The notes under the pieces are model-generated. The model ran no database searches, was not told where the DNA came from, and saw nothing but the letters and a program-made list of their open reading frames with translations. From NCBI GenBank assembly GCA_009859145.1, contig VRVR01000005.1, forward strand, positions 13,917 through 77,916: a DNA stretch of 64,000 nt. Direction: 5' to 3'. The first letter of the stretch is position 1. Each line of letters begins with the position of its first letter. This DNA is from Andalucia godoyi And28 (Eukaryota; Protista; Jakobida). This document shows, in pieces, positions 53,966-64,000 of the stretch. A program made the position numbers and the translations under genes.

Positions 53966-55639
53966 TCAGAGATCATCAGCGGATTGAATCTTCCGAACAT
54001 CCGGGCGGCCACGGAGAACGGAATGGACGGTACTCGCATCTGAACATGTGCCCACAGCGAACGCCACAAGAGAATGCCAGTCGTCGCTGTGCAAAGACAG
54101 CCACGTCAGAAAATCGGCGAGAGACGAAAGATTGGCCGAGGAACTCGCTTGGAAATCAGTGTGCTGCAGGAGGGAAAAAACTTCATCATGAGGGGCTGTA
54201 AACAGAATAAGGAACGAAGTGGAGTCGACAATGCTCAGTCGGAGTCGATCCATCTGTACCTTGCCGAAGAGCGATAAATCAGCCTCCGCCAGCAAGGTGA
54301 GCAAACAGTCTGGAATCTGCGCGAGAATAGTCCTGACATCCAGACAAAGTGAGACAAACCGCGGCTCCGATGGTCGAACCTCAGCATAAAGACGCAAAAG
54401 CAGGCCGACAGCCTCGCAGGCAAGCGCAGAATTGTAGATGTCCGCTGTTCGGCTTGTGCACTGCGTTCGGATTTCTCGGCACAGCCGCTGGATATTCATC
54501 ACGAAAGCTGGAATGGCGTGCAATGGCTTGGTACCCTGAAGAAATGAAAAGCGGTCTTGCCAGTTCGCAGCCTCCAGACACGACAGTACCGTGTGACGAA
54601 TCAGAAACAAATGGGTCTGCAGACATGCATTGTGCACGTCCAGCACAACGGAACCCGTTCGGCAAAAGACCTGCGCAGCCTCCGTTGAGCCCAGCGCATA
54701 CTGCCGCTCAAGCATCCTGAAGGCATCTGCAAGCCTGTCGTTTACCGAAAGCACCTCAGCAAGTTTCACGGACCGACATTTTAAAGACGCAACCTCCTGA
54801 ATCGCGTGGGCAGTCCACGCCCGGTATGCATCAATGACTGCAGAACAGGTGCTCTCCAAGAATCGCGCAAATGTGGCAGATCGCAAGACGACATCATGCG
54901 GAAAACACTCTCGAATGCGTGCGACCATCTCTCCGATTGGCAGGGGCTTTCCCAAATCCTGCCGACAAAGGTGCACGATGCGCTCTGCACTGGCAGCACC
55001 GGCCTGCTGCAGCATAGGCTCGCAAACGTCGTCCACCAGAAACCAATGTGGCTCAAACAATGCAACTTTATGGCAAATGGACACCACAACAGCCAGGCTC
55101 TGTCCTCTTGATTCGTACAATCCAGATACAGAGGCTCGAAAGTGGTCTCTGTACGTCGCACGCACATACTCGTTGACCTCCGGAAGGCTGACCAGCAACA
55201 CTTTCAGCAAACCGACATCCTGCTCAATCGCGATGTGAAAATGCGAAAACACATCGTCTACATTTGCCAACGAGTCTTCTGCGTCATACACAAACAAAGC
55301 AATATCGCGCTTCCGGAACGCACTCAACATCCCGATGAGCTCTGTGCGATTCACAGCATTTGCTTCCGAAAACTGGATGAAACCCTTGCGCTTGTCACTC
55401 CAAGGCAGCGGATGCAGCCTCTCCAATTTTAATTTCCAATTCAGCAACTCGGAATGCAAATCGGTTGAACGATCATCATTTTCTGCAACTTGGAACAGCC
55501 CTCGGTCACTCGTCAGCTGCGCTTCGGCGGCTGGCCGTGCACTGGAGCCATACGCCCTAGCGGCATCATCGGAACAACCATCAGCCACAAATCTTTGAAG
55601 CCACTCGACATCCAGCGCGTTCCGGACAACGTCATCCAT
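53966..55639 (-). CDS. Helical-repeat protein, possibly KIAA0825/DUF4495-like (557 aa)
   Basis: NWQDRFSFLQG and LLLRLYAEVRPSEPRFVSLCLDVRTIL recall KIAA0825-family motifs; recognised from memory only. Confidence 0.5.
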   Translation of the reverse strand: MDDVVRNALDVEWLQRFVADGCSDDAARAYGSSARPAAEAQLTSDRGLFQVAENDDRSTDLHSELLNWKLKLERLHPLPWSDKRKGFIQFSEANAVNRTELIGMLSAFRKRDIALFVYDAEDSLANVDDVFSHFHIAIEQDVGLLKVLLVSLPEVNEYVRATYRDHFRASVSGLYESRGQSLAVVVSICHKVALFEPHWFLVDDVCEPMLQQAGAASAERIVHLCRQDLGKPLPIGEMVARIRECFPHDVVLRSATFARFLESTCSAVIDAYRAWTAHAIQEVASLKCRSVKLAEVLSVNDRLADAFRMLERQYALGSTEAAQVFCRTGSVVLDVHNACLQTHLFLIRHTVLSCLEAANWQDRFSFLQGTKPLHAIPAFVMNIQRLCREIRTQCTSRTADIYNSALACEAVGLLLRLYAEVRPSEPRFVSLCLDVRTILAQIPDCLLTLLAEADLSLFGKVQMDRLRLSIVDSTSFLILFTAPHDEVFSLLQHTDFQASSSANLSSLADFLTWLSLHSDDWHSLVAFAVGTCSDASTVHSVLRGRPDVRKIQSADDL

Positions 55640-56000
55640 CTGTTCGAAATGACACGCCGCGCGTCCTTCCGCCCGCCAACGTCGGTCCGAGTCGCAGAGG
55701 GAACAACCAAAAAGGGAAAGAAGCTGTTTCCGCTGGAACCCTCAACCTCCGATTGGATTACCGTAGTCAGAGGACACACTACAGCCGCAGTGCCTCGTTG
55801 AGGCCGATTCCTTCCCGTTTCCACCTTCTTGACCCCTCGGCTGTCGGCTGTCGGCTGTTGACTGCTGACTGTTGACTGCTGACTGTTGACTCCCGAGGCT
55901 CCTTTCTTTCAAATGTCCTTTTGTTCACGAAAGAGAGACGGGAAGGAAGGGCAGAAAAGTTGAATTATTTATTATTATTTTTTGACGGAAAGAGGGTAGA

Positions 56001-56903
56001 ATGACGGAAAGACTACAAGATCTTGTTGCATCTCTTCGAGCACAGATTGAAGACGAGCGGGCATCTGCGCTCGCAGCCATTTCCGAGCGCGATGCGGACC
56101 GCGAGCGACTGTTTGATGCATTCCGGCACATTTATCGAATGTCTGACAAGGCAGTGTCCTTTATGGTGTCTGAGGGAGCAGGATTAGCAGACGAGGCGGT
56201 TCATTTGATGAGCCATGCTCGAGACATTGCGCTTGCATCCCTGCCAGAAGCTGAACAACGGGCCATTGTTCTGGCTCAGAAGAAGCAGATGCTGGATATG
56301 ATGAGATCGAATTCTGCAGCACAGTTCGCGGCTGTTGGGGGACACACTACAGACCAAATGGACGTTGAGGACGGTACTGCACTGTGCGTTCCGCAGGACA
56401 CGGATGGTGAAGAACTGTGGGAGTCGCAAAGAGAACTGGCAGATATGAGAGCACAAAACATTGATGTTCGCGAAATGGAACGACTTGCAGCAGCTGCAGA
56501 CGCACGAACCACATCTGCATCTGCCGGCTCCAGAAAACGAACGTTGGAACAGCAGTGTGAAGCTGATGTTGGTGATCATGGTGGTGATGATGACGGAGAC
56601 GAGAGAATGCATGGCGCGGAAGATAACCAGAGCAGCCTAAGTGAAGACTTTGCAAAAGAAGCATTGTATGAAATTCTCGCTTCGAAAACCGACCACCAAT
56701 CCATTTCCAAGTCCGCAATGGACTATCTCGATTCTCTGATGCACACGGTCTGCAAAGCGGTTGCAGACGAGGTCGTGAAGTCCGGAGCGACAGATGAAGC
56801 TTCCGTCAAGGACGTCGTGTCCCGCTTGCTCCCAAAACGCATCGCGGATCGCGCGACCTCGTTTGCTGACGGCAAGACAACGAGCGCCATGGAACGACTA
56901 TGA
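56001..56903 (+). CDS. 300-aa protein with a C-terminal divergent histone H2B-like fold
   Basis: [59 protein letters not shown] aligns to H2B [59 protein letters not shown]. Confidence 0.7.
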   Translation: [300 protein letters not shown]

Positions 56904-57496
56904 CAGCTTTGTGCGTAGAACACCAAAACAATACGATTTTCTTACCGTAGTCAAGTCTAGAATTTCTTTCATTCTTGCACTTTTTTCTTTCTATTATTCT
57001 TTCTGTTAGCTTGTTTTTAATAATCGAACCCTCAAGCAGCACCACTCATCAAAGACAAAGACAAAGACATCGCATGGCTCCAAAGAGGGATCTTCCCAAC
57101 AAACTCAAACCGACCATGCCCGACGGTGCCGAGAACCAAGAAGCTCGTGGTTGCGACGACCCTTTGATGCAAAGCAGTGTGGATGGAAGAGTTTGTGCTC
57201 GCCCCAATTAATAAAAACAAAAAACATGTGGCTTGGATCTGTCGCTTAGCCGATGACCAATAATGATTTTTTGGCGAGCGTTTAAAGACACTTTTTTTAT
57301 ATTTAAATGTGAGGGGTTGACATGTGTCGATATATACCACTTTTTTAAATAAAGAAAAGAAATTTTCGCTGCATTGTTTTCTCCGATCGGAAATTCAAAC
57401 CCCCGAACCTCCTCATCTGGCGCAATTCGTCTCCATTTATTGGTGGTATATTATTATTATTTTTTTTCGCTCTTGAGCGTAGAGTGTGTTGCTGGA

Positions 57497-60400
57497 ATGT
57501 CGGGAATTGAACAGCGGGTTGTGGATGGCCTCGTAAGCAAGTATGCATGCGCAGCAAGCTTGTCTGGACTGCGGGACAGCGGCACCCGGAGAGATTTTCT
57601 GAGCGTGCTCATCGACGTCATGTTGCGTGACGACTGTCCAGCAATGCTCGTTCGCGATGTCGTTGACGATGCACGACTGATCCTTGTATTATTGTCAGAG
57701 AGGTTGTTTGTGTATATACAGGAGAACAGTTTTGCGTTGTCGGATAATGGAATGTTAAATGTCCTCTTCTTCTTCGCCCTTTCGTCGCTGCACGGTCCGC
57801 GGGATGTTTTCTTTCCCAAGCTTGAAGCTGCTGTTCAGCTGCTGAGATCGAGGACCTCTTGTTTTCTCAGAGGAAAGGGCTCGGACAATGCAAAATGTTT
57901 GTTGTTGCAGGTGTTTGCCATATGCTTGCGTCACAACATCACATCGATGGCTTTCCGATTGCCGATGGATGCAATCATGGCAATGGCGGATACACACGTC
58001 ACTGCACGCATTGTTTGCGATGGTGTCTTGCATCAAAGGTACCCGGATGTTCCTCGAATTCTGGACTTTGTACCCAGTCTAGCTGATCTTTGGAAAGTAC
58101 GATCAGTTTCCTTTGATTTTTCAACTGTCGATGGTGGCTTCGAGACTCCCATGGAGCTGCCTGTCATTGCGGAACTTGACTATCTCGTTGTGGACGCAGT
58201 CAGGCCACTGCTTGCCGATCTCATCGCCGCGGTCCATAGATCGGATCCAATCTTATTGGTGGGTCCCTCTGGGTGCGGAAAATCCGCGTTGCTAAAATAT
58301 CTTCACCGAGTGATGATGGTACGCGACAATGCGACAACGCCGTTGATGACTATCAACGTTGACGATTCGCTGGATTCAAAAGATCTTCTTGGGACATATG
58401 TTTCAGGCTCGGAAGCTGGTTCCTTCGAATGGCAGCCGGGTGCCCTTACGAATGCCGTGGATCAAGGTGCGTGGCTGGTGTTGGAAGACTTGCATTTGGC
58501 TGCCTCCGATATTCATGCAATTATGTTCCCTCTGTTGGAACCAAATCCATCGAACAGATCTCTTGTAAATGGCGCTCGATGTGAATGCCGCATGTGCCTT
58601 CCATCGTTCCGCATCCTCGCAACGGTTCCAGAAGCCTCCTTCGAATCTCTGAAGAGAGCACCTGGATTTCACCGTTGGACAGTCTTCCATCTCCCGGTCC
58701 TTTCCACGAATGACATGTTGAAAGTTGTAAGCACCGTGCATTCCGGTTTGCCGCCGGTGCTTTGCAGACAGCTTGTCGCACTGTACGAAAATCTGAATGG
58801 CGTCATGGTGCCCATCACCATTTCGCGAGAAGACTTTCTCTCGTTCGACGACTCCGTGCCAACAAACACACTCTCTCGTATTCTGCGGAAAACATTTACT
58901 TTGAGAGACGTGTTGTGCACTGCAAAGCGACTGATGGCTGTATCGTCGGATGCTAGCATCCATAGTGCTTTGTTGTCCGGCTTCGTCTCTTCGCATGTTG
59001 CAGAGATGTTCATTTTAGAAATTTGCGATTCTGCGTTGGCCCTTCTCCCTACATCTGCAGCTAGATTTGTGGTTCTTCGGCAGTGTGAGATGCACCGACA
59101 GCTGTCGCTGTCCGATGATGATCTCCAACGGATTGTTGTTGACCGGAAGCCTACCGTGCTGCTGAGTCCTGCGTCGCTTGTGGTAGGGCGCGTAACGCTT
59201 ACAAGGACTGCGTCTCATTCTCTGATTTCTTCCTTGGGAGTTGCAGAGACGCGTCATCACATGCAATTGCTGGAAAAAATAGCAAACAGCGTGCAGTTTT
59301 CGGAGCACGTTCTTCTGCTTGGTGAAACTGGTGGTGGAAAAACTTCGATTGTTACTCAACTAGCCCGTGTGGTGGGAAAGACGCTGCTAGTGCACAACTT
59401 GTCTCCTCAGAGTGACTCTTCCGAACTGATTGGGGGGTATCGTCCAGTAGATCCGGGGTCCCATTGCAGAAAACTGTACGATCGATTTGTTCGGCTGATG
59501 GCTAGATTGCCAGCTGCGAGTGCCTCAAAATTTCAAGGCATTCTTGACAAAGTCACCGGATATGCATCCACCGGGAAATGGGTGGAATGCTCGAAGCAGA
59601 TGTCTCGCCTTGCGAATCATTTCATCTCCATCCTGGATAAAGCAGAAACTGCAGAGGAAACGAGCTTACCGCAGTCCAAACGGTCCAAGCTGTCCTCGGG
59701 AAAGGAAAAATTGCTCGGTTTTTGGCAAGTCTTTTCCAGCGATGTTCACAAGTTTCTTGAGCAGGAGCAGGTGTTCACAGCCGGTGGGTTCGCATTTGAA
59801 TGGATCGATGGAATTCTTGCGCAGGCGCTTAAGAATGGAGAATGGCTTCTTTTAGACGAGGTCAACATGGCTCCTGGAGAAGTCTTGGAACGTCTAGCCG
59901 CTCTGTTGGACGGAGACGTCATCGTTGCAGAGTCGACGTCACGAATTGTGCGTCATCCTGATTTCAGATTGTTTGCGTGCATGAATCCAGGTGGTGATGC
60001 CGGAAAAAAAGACTTGCCTCCGCAGCTGCGTACCCGGTTTACCGAAATTTATGTTTCCGAGCTCACAGATCGAACGGATCTGACGCTGCTGGTTCATCAT
60101 TATTTGCCACGTCTTCCACAGTTGCATTCCAGTCTTGTAGAATTTCACCTCCGCATGCGAAGTGCCACACTTCACGGAGATTTGGTCGACGGCGCGGGGC
60201 ACAAACCAGTTTTCTCGCTTCGATCTTTATCTCGAGCTCTGGACTATAGTCGGCGCCTTGCACCGCTGTATGGAGATTTCCGCTCTTTGCGTGACGGCAT
60301 TATGCTAGCCTACGGATCCCTGTTGGGCCGTCAGTCGTTGGGATATGCTGTCGCCTTGGTCCAGGAGCTGTTTCCTGCGTTTGGTGCAACCGGATATCAG

Positions 60401-63400
60401 CCTCCCCCTTCGCTGGAAAAGGATGGCGTCGTGATCGAAGGATTTTCGTTCGAGACCGTTGACGAAAAGAGAGTCAAAAATGATTCGAAATTTATTCTGA
60501 CACCTTCCGTGAAGGAGCGGCTGCTTCATCTTGCTCGTGCGTGTTCTGTTGGGACGTATCCAGTCCTTCTCGAAGGACCCACTTCGGCAGGAAAGACATC
60601 TCTTGTGGAGTATCTGGCAGGAAGACTTGGGCAACGGGTCATCCGCATAAACAATCACGAGCACACGGATCTGGCCGAGTACGTCGGCACGTACTTACCA
60701 AATGAAAAGACGGGGCGTTTAGAATTTCGAGAAGGCTTGCTTGTTCAAGCACTGCGCAATGGCTACTGGTTGTTGTTGGATGAGCTGAATTTGGCACCAT
60801 CAGAAGTGTTGGAAGCGTTGAACCGTTTGCTGGACGATAACCGCGAACTGCGCATTTCTGAAACTGGAGAGACCATTAAGCCGCACCGTGGCTTTATGCT
60901 TTTCGCCACTCAGAATCCTTCCGTTTCGATTACGGAAGGAGTCTCTTATGGTGGTCGGAAACAGCTGTCCAAGGCCCTCAGAAATCGATTCGTTGGCATT
61001 TCCGTTGAGGATTTGCCTTCCGTTGAATTGGTGACGATCATTGCGGAAAGATTCAGAGTCCCGGATTCCATGTCCCGTAAGACAGTGGATGTGATGGAGG
61101 AGCTGCAACGGCTACGAAGAATTGGAGGCGTTTTTGCTGGAAAATCTGGGTACGTTACGGCTCGGGACATTTTCAAGTGGTGTGCTCGTCTGTGGGAAAC
61201 AAAAGAGGAGTTTGCAACGAACGGTTTTTATGTTCTGGGTGAAAAGCTGAGAACTGCTGAAGAACGGGACGTGGTACGCATCGTGATTGAAAAGGCTTTT
61301 AAAACAGCGGTTCGTGTCGAGTATGACATCCCGTCCCTTTCTGGAGTGAGCGCTCCCATTGTTATGACGCGATCTTGGAAGAGAATGCTGTGCCTGGTGA
61401 TTGCTGCGCTGAAGAACCGAGAACCCGTGCTGCTTGTTGGGGAGACGGGGATTGGAAAGACGACTGTCGTCGAAGTTCTCTCTCAGCTTTGGAATACTTC
61501 GCTTGAAGTCCTTGTTTGCCACTCTTCGACGGAAACGTCGGACCTCTTTGGCGCACTGCGTCCAAGTCGTAGACGAGTCGAGTCAGCGGAGCGTGCTCAA
61601 TCCGCGATTCGTGAGTTTTGCTTGCGTGAAAATGTCCCAATGGATTTTTCGGCCTTTGAGAATGCACAGATCAGCCAAGTCCTTGCGGATTTGAAGCAAA
61701 TGTTTGGAGATCGTTCTGATTTTTCACAGTTGTGTGAAGAGGTGGCGGAGCTAACAATCTCGTCGGATTCTCTGTTCAGCTGGGTGGATGGACCCTTGGT
61801 TCGTGCTTTCACAGAGGGCAAGCTGTTCCTTGCTGATGAAATCTCTCTGGCCGATGACGCGGTTCTTGAGCGACTGAATTCTGTCCTTGAAGGGGCTTCG
61901 ATCATTTCGGTTCCAGATCGAAGTTGCGGAACAGAGATTTCTTGCCATCCATCATTTTTCTTTGTGTCAACCATGAATCCAGGAGGAGACTTTGGGAAGC
62001 GCGAGCTCTCTCCAGCGCTACGATCTCGCTTGACGGAAATTTGGGTTCCTTCCCCACTGTCTGATCTGCGAGACCGCAATTTTCTGGTGCAGGGGCTCTG
62101 CGGAGCTTCGGAATTTGGCCGGTCGTCAGAGTTGACTGCATTTGCAAAAGTTGTTGATCGCATTTGCGATGCAATTTCCACCAATCACGGCATCGGTTCA
62201 CTGCGGCGAACGGTTTCTGTGCGTGACTTGGCCTACTGGATTCGATCCACAAAATCCTTTGTGTCTTCCTGCGGGATGGAATTCGGACTGGCATTTTGCC
62301 TGGCTGGCGAGATGGTTTTCCTCGACTCCATATCCGCCAAGTCTCCAGAGCGCATTGAATGGCAGGACTACTTCAGAGAAGCCGTCTATTTGTCTCAGTT
62401 TCCTTTGTGGAATGTCACCCCGCCCTGCCATTTTGAACGACCATCTGGAATTGCCTTTGGATCTCCGGAATTTTTCTCTGTCCCTGTGACAGAAAAGAGA
62501 CCCGTGACGTTCTCATTTGCGGCGCCTGTAACCCGAACGGTCACGCATTCTTTGCTTCGGGCTTTCAGCTTGAATCAGCCAGTTTTGCTGGAAGGTCCTC
62601 CTGGAGTTGGAAAGACTGCCGTTGTCGAGCAACTGGCAAGAGTGCTTGGAATCCAGGTCGTCCGTGTCAATCTGTCGGACCAGACGGATCTTGCGGATCT
62701 TGTAGGACAAGACGCGCCTTCAGAAGGGCATCGCTTCGTTTGGAAAGACGGCCCTCTGCTATCCGCGATGAAGTCAGGTTCCTGGTTGCTCCTGGATGAA
62801 TTGAATCTTGCTCCGCAGACTGTTCTTGAAGGTCTCAACTCCATCCTTGACCATCGCAAGCAAATCTTTGTCCCTGAACTTGGAGCAACGATCACCGCCG
62901 CTCCACAGTTTCGTGTTTTTGCTGCACAGAACCCTGTTTCGGGCGGCGGTGGACGTAAGGGACTGCCGCAGTCATTTTTGAATCGATTTGTGCTAGTCTC
63001 TGTCCCCGAAATGAGTCGCGAGGACGTTCTGTCCATTCTTTCCTCCGTGTACGAATCCTGTGTCAGTGAATCAGAGAGAGATCATATGGTTGCCGTAATG
63101 GAGACTGGAGGATTGAACCTGCGAGATGTCTTACGATGGGCGGACAAAATGAGGTTCAACATGTCTTTCGCGGATGCCCTGCGTTGGACGTCTCTGATGC
63201 GCGTGTCCCAGCTGCAGGATCGCACGGCGATCTGGAATGCTGTTGGGAAGCCGGGTGAGGTTGGCAGAGACAGCGATCCTCGCTACACCGCAGCATTCTT
63301 CAATGAGTTTTTGAAAGGCGCTTGCGACACGGCCGGGCATCCAGAGCTAGTCATGACGTCGCGCTTTCTGCCTCTTTTGTACGGATGTGTCAGCGCACTG

Positions 63401-64000
63401 TCTCCGGACAATGTCAACAGTCGCTTGTTGATTTTATCCGGAACACCTGGTACTGGAAGGTCTTCGTTGATCACGGCTGCACATTCTCTGCTGCAACTTG
63501 GACCTACCGTGAGAGTAGTGTCACTTCCGGTTTCTTCCTCTACCGATTCTGCGGATCTGTTGGGTACTTATGAACAAACGAATCGTAGCCATCGTGTCGC
63601 GCTTCTCAAAGATGACATCGGAAGAATCGTAGTTTCCTGTGCAAAAACGTGTGCAGATGTTCATCAGTACATGATTGCGCATTCTCTTTGGCAGTCGTAC
63701 TTTTCCTGGGAATCATCTTTGGAGGAGAGTGCGTGGGCTGCGTTGCTGAATGAAGTGAGCAACTTTGATGCGGAATTTGCTGCGAGAATGCGTGCTGCTC
63801 ATGCCTCTTATACATCGTCTCTGAACTCTGTCTTCTCGTGGGTCGACGGACTCTTGGTTCGTTCGTGTCTTTCAGGCGATTGGTTGATTTTGGAACACGC
63901 CGAACTCTGCCCCGGAGCCGTGTTGGATCGTTTAAATGCGTTGTGCGAGCCCAATGGTGTACTGCATATCACCGAGGCAGGCGAGGACCGATGCATTGTT
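57497..64000 (+). CDS. MDN1: Midasin (Rea1) AAA+ ribosome maturation factor, 3'-truncated by the window edge
   Basis: Frame continuous from ATG 57497 (absent from the track because no stop is reached); six AAA modules with Walker A GPSGCGKS, GETGGGKT, EGPTSAGKT, GETGIGKT, EGPPGVGKT, SGTPGTGRS; Walker B LLDEVN, LLDELN, LADEIS; FRLFACMNPGGDAGKKDLP. Confidence 0.96.
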   Translation, partial: MSGIEQRVVDGLVSKYACAASLSGLRDSGTRRDFLSVLIDVMLRDDCPAMLVRDVVDDARLILVLLSERLFVYIQENSFALSDNGMLNVLFFFALSSLHGPRDVFFPKLEAAVQLLRSRTSCFLRGKGSDNAKCLLLQVFAICLRHNITSMAFRLPMDAIMAMADTHVTARIVCDGVLHQRYPDVPRILDFVPSLADLWKVRSVSFDFSTVDGGFETPMELPVIAELDYLVVDAVRPLLADLIAAVHRSDPILLVGPSGCGKSALLKYLHRVMMVRDNATTPLMTINVDDSLDSKDLLGTYVSGSEAGSFEWQPGALTNAVDQGAWLVLEDLHLAASDIHAIMFPLLEPNPSNRSLVNGARCECRMCLPSFRILATVPEASFESLKRAPGFHRWTVFHLPVLSTNDMLKVVSTVHSGLPPVLCRQLVALYENLNGVMVPITISREDFLSFDDSVPTNTLSRILRKTFTLRDVLCTAKRLMAVSSDASIHSALLSGFVSSHVAEMFILEICDSALALLPTSAARFVVLRQCEMHRQLSLSDDDLQRIVVDRKPTVLLSPASLVVGRVTLTRTASHSLISSLGVAETRHHMQLLEKIANSVQFSEHVLLLGETGGGKTSIVTQLARVVGKTLLVHNLSPQSDSSELIGGYRPVDPGSHCRKLYDRFVRLMARLPAASASKFQGILDKVTGYASTGKWVECSKQMSRLANHFISILDKAETAEETSLPQSKRSKLSSGKEKLLGFWQVFSSDVHKFLEQEQVFTAGGFAFEWIDGILAQALKNGEWLLLDEVNMAPGEVLERLAALLDGDVIVAESTSRIVRHPDFRLFACMNPGGDAGKKDLPPQLRTRFTEIYVSELTDRTDLTLLVHHYLPRLPQLHSSLVEFHLRMRSATLHGDLVDGAGHKPVFSLRSLSRALDYSRRLAPLYGDFRSLRDGIMLAYGSLLGRQSLGYAVALVQELFPAFGATGYQPPPSLEKDGVVIEGFSFETVDEKRVKNDSKFILTPSVKERLLHLARACSVGTYPVLLEGPTSAGKTSLVEYLAGRLGQRVIRINNHEHTDLAEYVGTYLPNEKTGRLEFREGLLVQALRNGYWLLLDELNLAPSEVLEALNRLLDDNRELRISETGETIKPHRGFMLFATQNPSVSITEGVSYGGRKQLSKALRNRFVGISVEDLPSVELVTIIAERFRVPDSMSRKTVDVMEELQRLRRIGGVFAGKSGYVTARDIFKWCARLWETKEEFATNGFYVLGEKLRTAEERDVVRIVIEKAFKTAVRVEYDIPSLSGVSAPIVMTRSWKRMLCLVIAALKNREPVLLVGETGIGKTTVVEVLSQLWNTSLEVLVCHSSTETSDLFGALRPSRRRVESAERAQSAIREFCLRENVPMDFSAFENAQISQVLADLKQMFGDRSDFSQLCEEVAELTISSDSLFSWVDGPLVRAFTEGKLFLADEISLADDAVLERLNSVLEGASIISVPDRSCGTEISCHPSFFFVSTMNPGGDFGKRELSPALRSRLTEIWVPSPLSDLRDRNFLVQGLCGASEFGRSSELTAFAKVVDRICDAISTNHGIGSLRRTVSVRDLAYWIRSTKSFVSSCGMEFGLAFCLAGEMVFLDSISAKSPERIEWQDYFREAVYLSQFPLWNVTPPCHFERPSGIAFGSPEFFSVPVTEKRPVTFSFAAPVTRTVTHSLLRAFSLNQPVLLEGPPGVGKTAVVEQLARVLGIQVVRVNLSDQTDLADLVGQDAPSEGHRFVWKDGPLLSAMKSGSWLLLDELNLAPQTVLEGLNSILDHRKQIFVPELGATITAAPQFRVFAAQNPVSGGGGRKGLPQSFLNRFVLVSVPEMSREDVLSILSSVYESCVSESERDHMVAVMETGGLNLRDVLRWADKMRFNMSFADALRWTSLMRVSQLQDRTAIWNAVGKPGEVGRDSDPRYTAAFFNEFLKGACDTAGHPELVMTSRFLPLLYGCVSALSPDNVNSRLLILSGTPGTGRSSLITAAHSLLQLGPTVRVVSLPVSSSTDSADLLGTYEQTNRSHRVALLKDDIGRIVVSCAKTCADVHQYMIAHSLWQSYFSWESSLEESAWAALLNEVSNFDAEFAARMRAAHASYTSSLNSVFSWVDGLLVRSCLSGDWLILEHAELCPGAVLDRLNALCEPNGVLHITEAGEDRCIV

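Noticed and set aside
55640-55900. Possible extra upstream exon for the KIAA0825-like gene (CAG just before the ATG; GTAATC donor)
   Set aside because: The donor does not match GTATGT and no homology supports an extension
57074-57211. 45-aa ORF MAPKRDLPNKLKPT.. between the H2B-fold gene and midasin
   Set aside because: No recognisable motif or splice donor; could be UTR; needs expression data

Overview
Gene-dense, very intron-poor eukaryotic DNA in the standard genetic code (TAA, TAG and TGA all end genes), with short AT-rich spacers and many microsatellites. The gene content suggests a free-living flagellated protist; the species cannot be fixed from sequence alone. About 28 protein genes are supportable: V-ATPase d, a bacterial-type HU protein, a kinesin, a SCY1-like pseudokinase, an FHA/coiled-coil protein, a SMG9-like protein, prohibitin 1, a bacterial-type AAR2-like protein, a cupin, two MFS transporters, GST, an IPNS-family oxygenase, a Nudix hydrolase, MCM9, an LRR multi-TM receptor, LONRF, NAA30, AMN1-like (split by a frameshift or intron), CKS1, a 3-exon IQ-DH-PH-SH3 RhoGEF, a 2-exon SAR1, a KIAA0825-like protein, an H2B-fold fusion protein and midasin (runs off the window). 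Features the ORF track does not show as such: a tRNA-Leu(UAA), three GTATGT..AG introns, and three degenerate Fanzor/TnpB relics. Two of the relics (about 22.0-22.5 kb, + strand; about 43.6-44.0 kb, - strand) share a conserved non-coding, hairpin-bearing 3' tail that is a candidate omegaRNA/right end. The best leads are this Fanzor family, the nuclear bacterial HU gene and the orphan H2B-fold protein. All homology calls are by eye; no searches were run.
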